NCBI GenBank assembly: GCA_000004695.1
Contig: CM000151.3
Coordinates: forward strand, 7,296,001-7,360,000
Source of the DNA: Dictyostelium discoideum
Taxonomy: Eukaryota
Length of the DNA stretch: 64,000 nucleotides
Direction: 5' to 3'
Each line of letters begins with the position of its first letter. Position 1 is the stretch's first letter. The translations under genes and the position numbers were made by a program. Under the pieces are notes generated by a model that did no database searches, had not been told where the DNA came from, and saw nothing but the letters and a program-made list of their open reading frames with translations. Below, piece after piece: positions 12,251 through 26,867 of this stretch.

Positions 12251-13074
12251 ATTTTTAAATAAATAAAAAAAAAAAAAAAATAATAAAAAATAAAAATGAA
12301 TAAAAAAAAAAAAAATAAAAAAAAATTGAAAAAAAAAAAAAAATAAAAAAAAATAAAAACTAAATTATTTATTTTATTTATAGGAAATTGTTTTTTTTTA
12401 AGAATTATAAAATAAAAATTATTTCACAATTGTGAACTTCCATCACTTTATTATTATTTCACATCTATTTTCTTTTTTCTTTTTTTTTTTTTTTTTGTCC
12501 TTTAAACCAACCAAAAAAATTTTCCTTCCCATTTGAAAAAAAATAAAAAAACTTCCATCTATTTTTATCATTTTTGATTACTATGCCACGTGTAGGTGGG
12601 AAAAGTTGATAGAATCGTCTGTTTTAAAAAAAAAAAAAAAATTAAATTTTTTAAATTTATATCAAAAATATCTCGAAATTTTTATTTTTTTATTTTTATT
12701 TTTATTTTTATTTTTATTTTTTTTTTCCATAAGTTTTTCTTTTTTTTTTTCAGTTGTACCTTTTCATATTTCATTTAATTTTTTTTTTTTCTTTTTTTTC
12801 TTTATTATTTTTAAATTTTTTTTTTTATTTTTAAATTTTTTTAATTTTTTTTTTTTTTTTTTTTTTGTGTTCCCCCATGCATTATTAAATTCAAAAAAAA
12901 AAAAAAAAAAAAAAAAAAACAAAACAAAAAAAAAAAAAAACCCAAAAAAAAAAAAAGATAAATATAAATAAAAAGATAAATTAAATCAAAAAAAAAAAAA
13001 AAAAAAAAATAAAAAAAGGAAAGGAAAAATCAAACAAACTTTTTTTTTCAAAATTTTCATAAAAAAAAAAATTC

Positions 13075-14965
13075 ATGAAAATCATGTCGCCAATTTTTAG
13101 TTTTTTCATAACATTGTTCAATATGATAAAGAGAGCATTGGCACCAATCGTTCAACCACAAAGATTGTTTGCCGCTTTAATGGTAATTGGTGGTGGTGGT
13201 AGATCAGCAACAACAACAACAACAACAACAACTAAAGCATGTGGTAATGGATCATCTCAGTCACCTCCATCTACACCATTATTATCATCAAAATCCTCAA
13301 CAATAACATCAAATAAAAAATCAGCAATACCATCATCACATTTATATATTCCAAAGAAATCAACATTAGATTCTAGACAAATTGGAAATTATTCAAGAGA
13401 ATATTCTACCTCCTCCTCTTCATCATCAAAAAAGTCAATCTTTAATGATACATATTTAAATGATTTATTTTGGCAATTATCATCACAAGGTCCTGCATTT
13501 GAAGTTAATCCAAATAATATAGATTTTATTCAAGAACCAATTGATTTTTATAATCATTTAATTGTAAAGTATTATACTACCCTCCCCTCCCCTCACCTCA
13601 CCTCACCTCCCCCCATATCATATAATATTAATATATTTTTTATTTTTTATTTTTTTTTAGGATGGAGTTAAAAGATCAAAAAAAAGAATTACAATGGCAT
13701 CATTATATTTAGGTACAAGTAAACAAGAGATTGAATTAGTTAAAGAGATGAAATTAGCAATGGAAAGAAATAAAGAATTAAAGATACATATATTATTGGA
13801 TGGTTTAAGGGGTACTAGAATTGGATTAGATAAAGAGAGTAGTGCAACTATATTGGGTGAACTATTAAGCCTTTACTCTGATCGTGTCACTATAAGTATG
13901 TATCATACACCAGACCTAAATGGAATCTTAAAGAAAGTATTACCACCAAGAATCAATGAAACCATTGGTGTTCAACATATTAAAACCTATATATTCGATG
14001 ACGATTTACTTTTAAGTGGTGCAAATCTATCTAAAGATTATTTCACAAATAGACAAGATCGTTATGTTTTAATTCGTTCCACAAGCACAGTTTCAAACTA
14101 TTTCAATGAGATCGTTGAAATCATCGGTTCACTCTCTCTACATGTCGATAAAGATAATAGGAATCAGTTACTCCTATCATCTGGTTCAATCGATCCAGTC
14201 ACACAATCAAATGAATTTAAAAATTTAGCATATACAAAATTATCAACACTTTTAAAATCACATTCATATTATCCAAGTAACAGTAATAGTAATTCATCAG
14301 TTGATTCACCATTTGATTGTAATAATATAAATAATGGGGAGACTACTTGGATATTTCCAACAATTCAAATGGGACCATTTAATATACGTCAGGATGAGGT
14401 TGTTACATCACACATTTTCGAATCTGTTCCAAATGATTCTAAATTCTTTATCACTTCACCATACTTTAATTTAACAGAGAATTACTTAAACTTAATTCTA
14501 ACTGGTAAACCAAAATTGGATATTATCACATGTTCACCACAAGCCAATGGATTCTATGGTAGTAAAGGCTTGAGTAGTGCAGTACCCGACTGTTATGCAA
14601 TTATAGAGAAACGTTTCCTTCAACGTGTTCAAGATACTGATAATGGTGATCGTATCTCTGTTCAAGAGTATATTCGTGATAAATGGACCTATCATGCCAA
14701 GGGACTTTGGATTCAAGTAAAGAATCAACAACATCCATCCATTACACTCATTGGTAGTCCAAATTTCGGTTCACGTAGTGTTGAAAAGGATTTAGAAGCT
14801 CAAATCATTTTAATCACTCAAAATAAACAATTACAACAAAAAATGGAAAATGAAAAAAATTATCTTTGGACTGATACTCAAAATGCTAACCTTGAATTAT
14901 TTGAAAAAAGAAAAGTTTCTTTAATGGTTAGATTTTTAGTTTATATTTTTGGTAATTATTTATAA
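13075..14965 (+). CDS. pgs1: CDP-diacylglycerol--glycerol-3-phosphate 3-phosphatidyltransferase (PGP synthase, phospholipase-D-type, mitochondrial); 2 exons 13075..13563, 13661..14965
   Basis: There are two PLD HKD-like motifs: HIKTYIFDDDLLLSGANLSKDYFTNRQDRYVLI and HAKGLWIQVKNQQHPSITLIGSPNFGSRS. The N-terminus MIKRALAPIVQPQRLFAALMV looks like a mitochondrial presequence. One 97-nt phase-0 intron (GTAAAG..AG) carries an unusual C-rich tract. Confidence 0.8.
13581..13615. repeat. C-rich (G-rich on opposite strand) tract inside pgs1 intron
   Basis: ccctcccctcccctcacctcacctcacctcccccc. It is wholly within the 97-nt intron 13564..13660. This is very unusual in an AT-rich intron. The complement has runs of three or more G. 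Confidence 0.8.
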
Positions 14966-15291
14966 ATAATCAAAAAATCAAAAAAAAAAAAAAAAAAAAA
15001 AAATCAAAATTAATAAAAATAAAATAGTAAAAATAAAAAAATAAAAATAAATCAAGATATTTGTAAATAAATAAAATAAAATAAAATAAAATCGGAAATG
15101 GATTTTTTTTATTTTTTTTTTTTTTTTTATTTTTTGAGCAAAAACTGAAAAGTCACCACCTACCAGGGAATTTAATTTTTTGTAAATTGTTTTTTTTTTT
15201 TTTTATTTTTTTTTTTTTTTTATTTTTTTGTTTTGACACACACACAACCACTTTTTGTTTCAAATGATTGATTAAAAAAAAAAAAAAAAAA

Positions 15292-17178
<1,887 letters not shown>

Positions 17179-17368
17179 TAAAATAAAAAAAATAAAAATA
17201 AATGTTGGGAAAAAAAAAAAAAAAAGTTAATAGAAATAATAAAAAAAAAAAAAAAAATTCAAAAAACACAATGAGTACATTAATTTTTTTTAAAAAAATT
17301 TGTGTATATTTGAGTGTGCTCTATTAATCAATACTAAATTCATATTAAAAACAAATAAAATTAAATCA

Positions 17369-17419
<51 letters not shown>

Positions 17420-17617
17420 AAAATTTTGGAATTTTTGTTAATATTTGAACTTAAGACACACACAATATTTTTTTTTTTTTTTTTTTTTTTTTATTTTTTA
17501 AAGTGGACTTTTCGCTAAAATTTGCTTTTTTTGTTTTTACATAATATTTTTTATTTCATTTCATTTTCATTTTCATTTTCAAAAAAAAAATAAATATAAA
17601 TAAAAATCAAAATAAAA

Positions 17618-19046
17618 ATGATTAGATTATTTTCAAAATCTACTTTTTTTAATGGAATTAATTTCACAAAATCTATTTCATCACCTTCAGTTAGATATAT
17701 TTCAAATAATAGTCCAACATCTGAATCACCAAAGATACTAGAATACAAAGTAAGTAATTATCATTATTATTGTTTTTATTATTAGTATTAATAATTTATC
17801 ATGGAAAAAAAAAAAAAATTATAGAGAACTAGGGTTCAAGTAATAAATGCACATAATGAAAAATTTAAATTTTCATTTATTAATTTAACCAAAGCAGCAA
17901 ATTTTTCAAAAACAAAACATAATCTATCAATTTCAGATGCTCAATTATTAGGTAAATTAATGTCTGGTGTTTCAATGTGTGCTTCATTTTTATCTGATGA
18001 AGAAAGAATCTCTGCTCAAATTATTTCTGATATTAATCCAACTGTAATTAATTAATTAATTAATTAATTACCAATACAAGATATTATATACATACATATT
18101 ACTAACATTATATAAATATAAATATACATAAATATAGCATATATATGCAGAAGCAATTCATGTTGGAGAAGTTAGAGGATTTTTAATTAATGGTGATACA
18201 CCAAGATTGGAGACACCTGATCAAGTTATAAATAGAAAAGGTATTTTCCAATTTTCAAAGATATTATATGGTCATTTAAAACCAATTCAAAGTGTTGTAG
18301 CTGTAGAGGAAAAAGATTTAACAATAACAAAAGAATTTCAACATTATTTTGATCAATCTGAACAAATTCCATCATTTATTCAATTAGAAACTAGATTAAA
18401 ATCAAATAATAATAATAGTAAAAGTGATAACAATAATATTGTTATTAATGATGAAATTCAACAACAAATTCAAATACAAGAACAACAAGGACAAGGACAA
18501 GGACAAGGACAAGGACAACAAATTATAAATAGTAATAATGATGTAATTGATAATGATCAATTAGAATTTAATGGTGGTATTTTAATTCAAACATTACCAT
18601 CAACGACTGATGAAGAATTGGTTCAATTGAAAAATAATATTGAAAAGCATTCAATTGCAGATTTATTTTTAAAAGAAAAGAAATCAATCAAAGAGATATT
18701 ATCAATCCTTACAAATAATGATCCATCAGTTGAGATTATTTCAACCATTTTCGTAGATTTCTATTGTCGTTGTACTTTGAAAACTTTTAAAGATAAAATT
18801 CTAACTTTAGGCATCAACGAAATTAAACATCTTGAAGAACATAATCATAATGAATTAAAATGTATCTATTGTAATCGTTATCATTATTTAAAGGATACTG
18901 ATTTCAAAGAAATGATTAATCATTTAGAACAAGATAAAGAACAAAAATTAAAAGTTTTAAAAGAAATGGAACAAGAACAAGAACAAGAAGTGCAACAACA
19001 AAATAATCATACTGAAAAAATAAATGATGAAACTAAAAAAGAATAA
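17618..19046 (+). CDS. Hsp33-like redox-regulated chaperone (HslO homolog), probably mitochondrial; 3 exons 17618..17749, 17825..18043, 18138..19046
   Basis: C-terminal zinc centre DFYCRCTLKTFKD...ELKCIYCNRYHYL has the C-x-C ... C-x-x-C pattern of Hsp33. FQHYFDQSEQIPSFIQLE resembles E. coli LEDYFMRSEQLPTRLFI. AQLLGKLMSGVSMCASFL resembles AELLVATSLLTATL. The N-terminus MIRLFSKSTFFNGINFTKSISSPSVRYIS looks like a presequence. Both introns are phase-0 (GTAAGT..AG and GTAATT..AG). Confidence 0.75.
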
Positions 19047-19143
19047 ATTAAAAATACTAAAATAAATTGTAAAAAAAAAAAAATTAAAAAATAAATTTAT
19101 ATTTTTAGTATTATTTATTATTATCATTATTATTAAAATTTAA

Positions 19144-19929
19144 TTAATAATTTATTTCTAATGGTTCGAGTTTTTCTTGATTTTCAAGATCATCATCATT
19201 GTCATCATCATCACTATTATCTAAAATTAAACCAAATTTATCAATAATTGATGGTGGTGTATTTATAATATCTAATATATTTTTACTATTTTCTGGATTA
19301 AAATTGATTTGTTCATCTAAATTATTGTTTTTGTTGTTATTTTTATTATTATTATCTGTACAGGTTTTGTTGGCATTATTTGGTTGTTTTCTTTTTTTAT
19401 TATCATTATTATTATTATTTTCATTTTCATTTTCTTTATTTATTTCTAAAATTGGTGTATTTGTATTATTATTATTATTATTATTATTATTTTTATTATT
19501 GGATGTAATTTTTATATTGTTTTCACTTAATTCTTCTTTATGTTCTAAAATACCTAATGCTAAATTCTAAATTATTATTATTATTATTAAAAAGTGTTAG
19601 AGCTGAGCTAAAAAATTAATAAATATAAAAAAAGAAATAAATACCATTTGAATATATTCATCACCTTCTTTAATATTCTCTATATTAACATCTTCTTTAT
19701 TTTCAATTTTCTTTTTTAAATCAATGTTTGCTTCTTTTAATTTTGGTAAAAAATCTTTAACTCTATTTAAAACTGAACTTTCTTCCATTTTAAAGAAATT
19801 TGGTTTGGTTTTTGGTGCTTGTTGAGGTGTTATTAAAAATGGTGAAACACTTGGTTCTGTTAAACCATTATTAATTTTGGTTTTATTACTATTCTTTTCT
19901 AATTCTAATAAGTCTTTATTTACAATCAT
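19144..19929 (-). CDS. small conserved acidic protein, possibly DUF4598 / NOPCHAP1 (C12orf45)-like; 2 exons 19929..19645, 19566..19144
   Basis: ORF 19597..19929 joined through a phase-0 GTATTT..AG intron to an exon ending LEPLEINY*. Motif VLNRVKDFLPKLKEANIDL...DEYIQM|NLALGILEHKEEL resembles the FLPQM..AN...I(E/Q)M(D/N)LALGVLE block of C12orf45-family proteins; this family match is recalled from memory. The ORF-track entry 19199..19570 (+) is the antisense translation of exon 2. Confidence 0.5.
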
Positions 19930-20111
19930 TATTTATATATTTGTTGTTTATTATTTATTTATTTTTAAAATGTTTTTATTTTATTTATTTTATTTTTTTT
20001 TTTTTTGTTTCGTTTGTGGTGATAAAAATAAATAAAACGAGACAACCGAAAAAAGTTAAAAAAAAAAAAAAATGAAATTAAATTATGAAAAAAAAAAATT
20101 AAAAAACGAAT

Positions 20112-20149
<38 letters not shown>

Positions 20150-20223
20150 AATATTTTCAAACTGCTTTAAATAAATAAAAAAGTTCATTTAAATAAAATA
20201 AATAATTGTAAAATTTAATAATT

Positions 20224-20371
20224 AAGAAAGGTAATACCAATTTTCAATTGCCTCTTAATTTGAAAATAATAGTTAATGAAAAATGGATTATTTTAATAAT
20301 TAAAATAATCCATTATTCATAAATTATTATTTTGAAATTAAGAGGCAATTGAAAATTGGTATTACCTTTTA
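20224..20371. repeat. near-perfect ~148-bp palindrome (hairpin/cruciform-capable) in a divergent intergenic region
   Basis: Left arm aaaggtaataccaattttcaattgcctcttaatttgaaaataat and right arm attattttgaaattaagaggcaattgaaaattggtattacctttt are reverse complements with 1 mismatch. The central core ggattattttaat|aattaaaataatcc is a perfect palindrome centred at 20297/20298. Confidence 0.8.
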
Positions 20372-20821
20372 AAATAAATAAAAAAATTAATAATTGAAAA
20401 AATTAAAAATTAAAAAATAAATTTTTGAAGTATAATTTTATTTTCATTTATTAATTTTAACATTATATTATTAATGTTTTAGAATATTTTAAAGTTCTAT
20501 AATTGAATTTCTTTTTTTATTCGATTTAGAATTGGTGATCTTGAATTAATTGAGGTAATTATTAATGATCATCTTTTTGTTTTTGTGTTTTTTTATTAAT
20601 AAATTCCAACTTATAATAAAAAATCAAAATCTTTTTTAATGCTTTTTCCCACAAAATAAATAAAATAAATTAAATTTGATATTTTTAATGGGGATTAAAG
20701 GAGATTTCTTTTTTTTTTTTCAATTTTTTTTTTTTTTATAAAAATTTAATAATCACTTTTTTTCACTCACACTTAATATTTTTAATTTCACCATTTTTCT
20801 ATTTAAAAAAAAAAAAAAATA

Positions 20822-22082
20822 ATGAAAATTTTTATAATTATTTCTTTAATTTTAACAATTTTAATTATTCAATCAAAATCAAAAGAGTGTCCTTGTTCAA
20901 ATGTTGAGTTGTGTAAACCATTGGAAATTGGTCCAAGAAAAGAATTTATTGGATTTTCTGTAAATAGCACTTTCTATCCATACTATAATTGGGATCATTT
21001 GACAACTATTGGAATTTTTTATAGTGAAGATATTGAAGATGAATTACTTTGTATGGCTAAAACTAATGGTGTAAGATTAGTTTATAGTGCATTTTACCCA
21101 GTTGAACAATTATCAAATGAAACATATATAGATCAATGGATAAATGAAAAATTAGAACTTGTTCAAAATACATTTACTGATGGTTTAAATTTTGATGTTG
21201 AATATCCAATCACTGATCCAATCGTTGCACAACAATATACTCAATTAGTTGCTGCCACTAATAATGCTTTTAAATCAGTTAATCTTTATTATCAAATTAG
21301 TGTTGATGTGGCATGGGATGCTTCAAACTGTATAGATTATCGTTGTTATGATTATTTGGGACTTTCAAAAGCTTCTGATTTTTTAGTAGTTATGGATTAT
21401 GATATGAAGTTGGATGGATATTACTTCAAAACATGCCTTGCAAGTGCAAACTCACCACCTTCTTCAGTTTTATCTGGTATGGTAAATTTTACAAAACTTG
21501 GAATTGATGAAAGTTCATTAGTAATGGGACTACCATGGTATGGGTATGTTTTATAATGTTATTATTATTAAATTTTGTTTTTTTATTTTTTTTATTTTTT
21601 TTATTTTTTTTATTTTTTTTTAATCTCAAAAAGTAATATTTATAATTTTCATTTATTTTTTTCAAAATTCATTTTAAAAAAGATACAATTATCCATGTAT
21701 TGGCTCAAATTATACATTACAAACATTTGAATGTATTATTCCTCCTTCCAGTTATTTAGGTTATAATTGCACAGATGCATCAGGAATTGAAATTAATTAC
21801 TCAATCATTATGAATATGTTAAATGATACAGCAATACAAAATGGTGGTGTTCAATGGGATTCAGAATCAGAGTCACCATATTTTAATTTTATTGACTTAT
21901 TTTCTGGTACTCAACACCAAATGTGGTTTGATAATCCAGACTCATTAACCATTAAAGTCAATATAGCACGTACAATGAACCTTAGAGGTGTTGGTGTATG
22001 GAATATTGATCAACTTTGGGATGACCATTCTCTTTCATCTGGAATGTGGGGTGCATTAAATTCTTTCTTTAAAATTAATTAG
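20822..22082 (+). CDS. di-N-acetylchitobiase-like GH18 glycoside hydrolase, secreted; 2 exons 20822..21543, ~21752..22082
   Basis: Signal peptide MKIFIIISLILTILIIQSKS. GH18 catalytic motif DGLNFDVEYP (DxxDxDxE). LVMGLPWYG|YLGYNCTD resembles the chitobiase GVPWYGYDYTC block. The C-terminus YFNFIDLFSGTQHQMWFDNPDSLTIKVNIARTMNLRGVGVWNIDQLWDD matches the human CTBS C-terminus. The intron is phase-2 (GTATGT..CCAG). The acceptor position has a 1-nt uncertainty. Confidence 0.75.
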
Positions 22083-22135
<53 letters not shown>

Positions 22136-22661
22136 GTAATAAATAAATAAATAAATTAATAAATAAATAAATTAATAAATAAATTAATAAAAAAATAAAT
22201 TATAATAAAAATTAATAAAAATAAGATTAGAAAACAAATAATAAATTACCAAAAGACAAAAGACAATCACTCAAAAAAATAGGAAAATTAAATTTTGGGG
22301 TTAAAATACAAAAATGGATTAATTATCAAAAATAAAGGGTGATTGGGGGTATTACAAAAATGATGAGATATAAATAATTGTAATTAAAGTGAAAATAAAA
22401 TTTCTCAATTTTTCGATAAAAAAAAAAAAAAGATAAATCACACAGATTTATTCAAAGCTTAATTTTAACATAGATTTAATCTATTAAAAAATAGAGCTTA
22501 AAATTATAAAAAAATACACACAAGAATAAGTTGAACTTATAACAAACAATAATAAAAAAAAAATATTTAAACCAAATGGTTTTTATGTAAATTTTTCATT
22601 TGAAGTTAATTTATTTTTAATAATATTAATTTAGTGTGTATAATATTTCTAAAAATTAAAA

Positions 22662-24064
22662 ATGGTTTTGGATTTTTTAAAAGGGGAAAAAGTTAAATAT
22701 GATAAATTACCAGAGCCAAATGAAGTTGGTGATTTGATGAAAAATATTAAAAAACTTGCTGATTCTGATGATAATATTATCGTATGTAATTACTTTTTAA
22801 CAATGGGATATAGATAAAAATTAAATTTTAAAAAATTGAATTTTTTTTTTTTTTTTTATTATTAAAAAAGAGAGAAGCAGCAAGAAAGTTTGGTGTTTGT
22901 ATTCCAACGGAGTTTTGTAGAGTGTTATTATTCACATCTCTATCAAAGAAATCAGTTTTAAAACATTTTGTTAACAAAATCCAAAGACTTGTTGAATTAT
23001 TTGTTACATTTTTCAAATTGGTTTCAAAGTTTAATAGAGATGCAACTGAAATTTCTCTTGATACTCACTATGAAAATGCAAATTTAGAGATTAAATCTAA
23101 TCTTAATGATTTGGAGAATATTCATAGTCAATTGATTGTATTAGCCAATGAAATAATTGGTGAAATTGATGAATGTATCAATGAATGTAAAAGAGAAGTT
23201 GGCTCTAAAAATCATTTTAGAGAACCAATTTTACTAAAATCAATGACTGATAGTAGTGCCTGTAATACACCACTCTTAAAAAGCAAAAATCAATTCTCAA
23301 ATGAACATATTAAAAGTCTAACGCAATGTATATTACAAAGCAAATCAAATCAAGTTCCAAATATTCAAAAACTTATTGATAAAAACAACTTAAAGAAAAT
23401 ACTTTTAAATTCTGGTGGTATCTTTTTTTTGGTAATGGGTTGTGCAACTGTTGTAGTTGGTGCTGTACTCGCTCCATTCACTGCCGGAATTTCATTATTC
23501 ACTGCATTGGTATCAATTTTCATGATTGCTGGTGGCGCACTTTCATTGGTTGGTGGAGTTGCTGCCGAAGTACTTGGTAATAAATTCTTTATTGAAAAGG
23601 ATCTTGACCTTCTTAACTCTTTGCAAACTTTGAAAGAAATCAAATCGGATGTTGAAGAAATACTCAAAGCTTTTTCAAACAATTCACAATTAGCTGACCA
23701 ATTATCTAAAAATTTTCTACATTTTAAAATGGGTGAATATGGATCATTGGGTATACTTTGTGGTATTTGTAATAACGTTTTAAAGGATCCTTTATTTTTT
23801 GATGACGAAGTAAATTCAACTAAAAACTTCTGTAAGGATTGTATAACACAATATTATAAATCTCAACAAAAATTGGCTGGTAGTAATAATGATGATGATT
23901 TTTTCAATTTACCAAATTCAAATTATCAAACTTTTAATTTAAAAAATTTACAACCTGCATGTGGTTCTTTAAAAAGTTTAATTAGAAATTCTGAAGAGAG
24001 ATATGATGAATGGCAAAGAAAATTATTATCAATGATTGGTAATAATACAATTTATCATTTGTAA
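22662..24064 (+). CDS. hypothetical protein with coiled-coil region, Gly/Ala-rich membrane hairpin and C-terminal Cys-rich zinc-finger-like motif; 2 exons 22662..22781, 22871..24064
   Basis: Exon 1 is MVLDFLKGEKVKYDKLPEPNEVGDLMKNIKKLADSDDNII, joined by a phase-0 GTATGT..AG intron to exon 2 REAARKFGVCIPTEF... A hydrophobic hairpin GGIFFLVMGCATVVVGAVLAPFTAGISLFTALVSIFMIAGGALSLVGGVAAEVLG is present. The C-terminal motif is LCGICNNVLKDPLFFDDEVNSTKNFCKDCITQYY. The ORF-track start of the 22922..24064 entry is a GTG inside exon 2. Confidence 0.5.
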
Positions 24065-24553
24065 TCCAGTAAAATAAAAAAAATAATAATAATCATATGA
24101 TTACATTCATTTTTAATATTTAAATCACTTTTATTTTTGAGTGTTCAAATTATCTATACTAAATTCTTAATAAAAAAATAAAATTAAATAATTGTAAATA
24201 ATATTTAACAATATCTAAATTCCATTATAACTTAAAAAAATCAAATTTATTATATTTTTAATTTTATTTATTAAATTATTACTTTGATTTTAAAATTTTG
24301 TAAATTTGGATATTTAAAAAAATAAAAAAAAAAACTAATAGAGATTTAATTTATTTTTTTGATTTAAAAACTAAAAAAAATAATAAAAAATAAAAATAAA
24401 AAAAAAAAAAGGTAATAACTATTTAATTTAAATTTTTTATTCTGTCCTCTTGTTTATCTTTTTTTAAAAAAATAAAAACAATTAATGAAAATAAGAATTT
24501 TATAAAACTTTAAAAAATAAAAAAAATAAAAAATAAACCAATCCCCAAACCAA

Positions 24554-24585
<32 letters not shown>

Positions 24586-24793
24586 TCTATCTTTTATATA
24601 AAATTTAATCGCTACTCGTTGTTCTTAAAAATAAAAAAAAATAACAAAAACTTAAATTATAAATTATTAAATTCTAAAAATTAAAAATAAAAATAAAAAA
24701 AATCATGGTCAACTGATTAAATCTCGTTTAGTTAAAAAAAAAAAAATAAAAAAAAAATAATAAAAAATTAAAAAATAAAATGGAAAATTTTAA

Positions 24794-24826
<33 letters not shown>

Positions 24827-25469
24827 TTTTTTTAAAATTTTTTTCTTTTTTTTTTTTTTTATTAATAAAAATGGGTTTTATAAATAAAAATATAGATAAA
24901 ACCAAACCTTAGATTTAACAATAATAATAACAACTTTTCAAAACACATATTGTAACTTAATTGTGTATCAACACTTTTAAATATCACTTTTTCATTGAAA
25001 AAAAAAAAAAAAAAAAATTTTAAAAAAAATAAAATAAAAATAAAATAAAATAAAATATTTTTATTAAATAAATAAATAAAAACTCCTTTTAAATTTTTTA
25101 AAAAAAAATAATAAATAAAAAAACATCAACATATAATTATATATAATATATAACACCTACTGTTCAATTATTAATTTGTATAATAAAAAACAAAAACAAA
25201 AAATTAATAATAATCCCACCTCTTTAAATATTTATAACATAATAAATATCAATAATCTAAAACCAAAAAAAAGACATTCGTTTTTTTTTTTTTTATATTT
25301 TTTCTTTTTTTTTTAAAAAAAAGCTTCACCTCTTCAATTATTAAATAATAATAATAAATAAATAAATAATAAAAAAGCTAATAACCTATATTAGTAAATA
25401 TTAATAACAAAACAACAACAATAATAATAATAAATAAATAAATAAAAACACGAAATTAAATTTATATAA

Positions 25470-26125
25470 ATGGCACCACAAAAACATAGAAAGATCTGTG
25501 TAATGGGATCAAGAGCAGTTGGAAAATCAACAATTACAATGCAATTTGTTGAAAGCCATTGTCCAGACTCATACCATCCAACTATTGAAAATACATATCA
25601 AAAAATAATTAGACACCAAGGTCAAGAATATTCAGTTGAAATTATAGATACAGCTGGTCAAGTATGATCATTCTCATAAAGAGTTATTATTATTATTATT
25701 GTTATTGTTATTATAGTTATTATTGTTACTAACTCTTTTATTTATTTTTATTTTTATAGGATGAATATTCAATTTTACAAAAGCAATATTCAATTGGTAT
25801 TCATGGATATATTTTAGTTTATAGTGTTACATCAGTATCATCATTAGAAGTTATTAAAGTTTTAAATGATAAGATCTTAAGTTCATTGGGAGCTGAAAAG
25901 ATACCAAGAGTTTTAGTTGGAAATAAATCTGATTTAGATAATGAAAGAAATATATCAAGAGATCAAGGTATTCAATTAGCAAATGAATGGGAATGTGCAT
26001 TTGTTGAATGCTCTGGTAAAAATAATGAAAATGTTGAAGAAGTTTTTAAACAAATTTTAAATGAAGTTAATAAAGGTTCAACAGGTCCTGAACCTCCACA
26101 AAAAGAAGGTTGTATTTTAATGTAA
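25470..26125 (+). CDS. rheb: Rheb small GTPase (Ras homolog enriched in brain); 2 exons 25470..25661, 25760..26125; 185 aa
   Basis: MAPQKHRKICVMGSRAVGKSTITMQFVESHCPDSYHPTIENTYQKIIRHQGQEYSVEIIDTAGQ | [35 protein letters not shown]...LVGNKSDL...CILM is near-colinear with human Rheb (..[56 protein letters not shown]..). It ends in a CAAX box CILM. The intron is phase-0 (GTATGA..AG). Confidence 0.9.
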
Positions 26126-26605
26126 CACAATTTTCTTTTTTTTTGATAAAAAAAAAAAAAAAAAAAAGAAAAAAGAAGGAAACATATATTAAAATTAAAA
26201 CACCACTCCTCTGCCCTCTTTTTTTTTTATTTAAAAATACCTTCACATAAATGTGCCAATTAAACAACAAAAAATAATATCCGATATTCGAATTTCTTTT
26301 CCCCTTTTTAAACATTTTTTAAAAAAAATAAAAAAAAAAAAAAAAAAAAAAAAAATCTAAAAATAAAGAATGTGTATATATATTTATATATATATATATT
26401 ATATAAAAAATCTTTAAATTTTTTTTATTTTTTTTTTATTTAATCGCTTTTTTAATTCGCTTTTTTTTTTTTGCCGAAGTAAATTATTTCTTTTTATTTA
26501 ATATGTTTTCCATTACTTTTTTTTTTTTTTTTTTTTTTTCTTTTTTTTTTTCTTTTTTTTTTTTTTTTCTTTTTTTTTTTTTCTTCGATTATTATTATTA
26601 TAATT

Positions 26606-26820
26606 TTATTTATCTTTATTTCCACTATCAAATTTATTTAATTCTTCTTTCTTTTTTCCATAATCATAACCATAGATTACTATTAAAATTGAATGAATAA
26701 TATAGATACCCAATAAAATATTTAAAACCAATTCTTGTGAACCATTTCCTTTTCTACCAAATTTCATAATCTGTGTAATATCTTTATACTATAATAAATA
26801 AAAACTTATATTATTAATAA

Positions 26821-26867
<47 letters not shown>

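Noticed and set aside
15268-15291. ORF-track starts at non-ATG codons (15268 for the beta-lactamase-like gene, 22922 GTG, 30441 TTG, 38033 TTG, 25886 TTG, 4783 TTG)
   Set aside because: The track appears to allow alternative initiators. For each case the start was re-placed at the first genuine ATG or explained as an internal exon continuing upstream across an intron.
17551-17748. 65-aa minus-strand ORF overlapping the Hsp33 first exon
   Set aside because: It is antisense to a well-supported exon (presequence and GTAAGT donor), has low complexity (ENENENEMK), and has no support.
19199-19570. 123-aa plus-strand ORF MSSSSLLSKIKPNLSIIDGG...
   Set aside because: It is the antisense frame of exon 2 of the minus-strand gene 19144..19929 and is Leu/Phe-rich from the complement of Asn/Lys codons. 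The same reasoning rejects 8847..9113, 9099..9320 and 9339..9578 inside cortexillin, 11093..11287 inside the PARP-like gene, 14534..14734 inside pgs1, 23365..23682, 31196..31456, 47679..48029, 47929..48111, 54559..54816 and 55166..55363.
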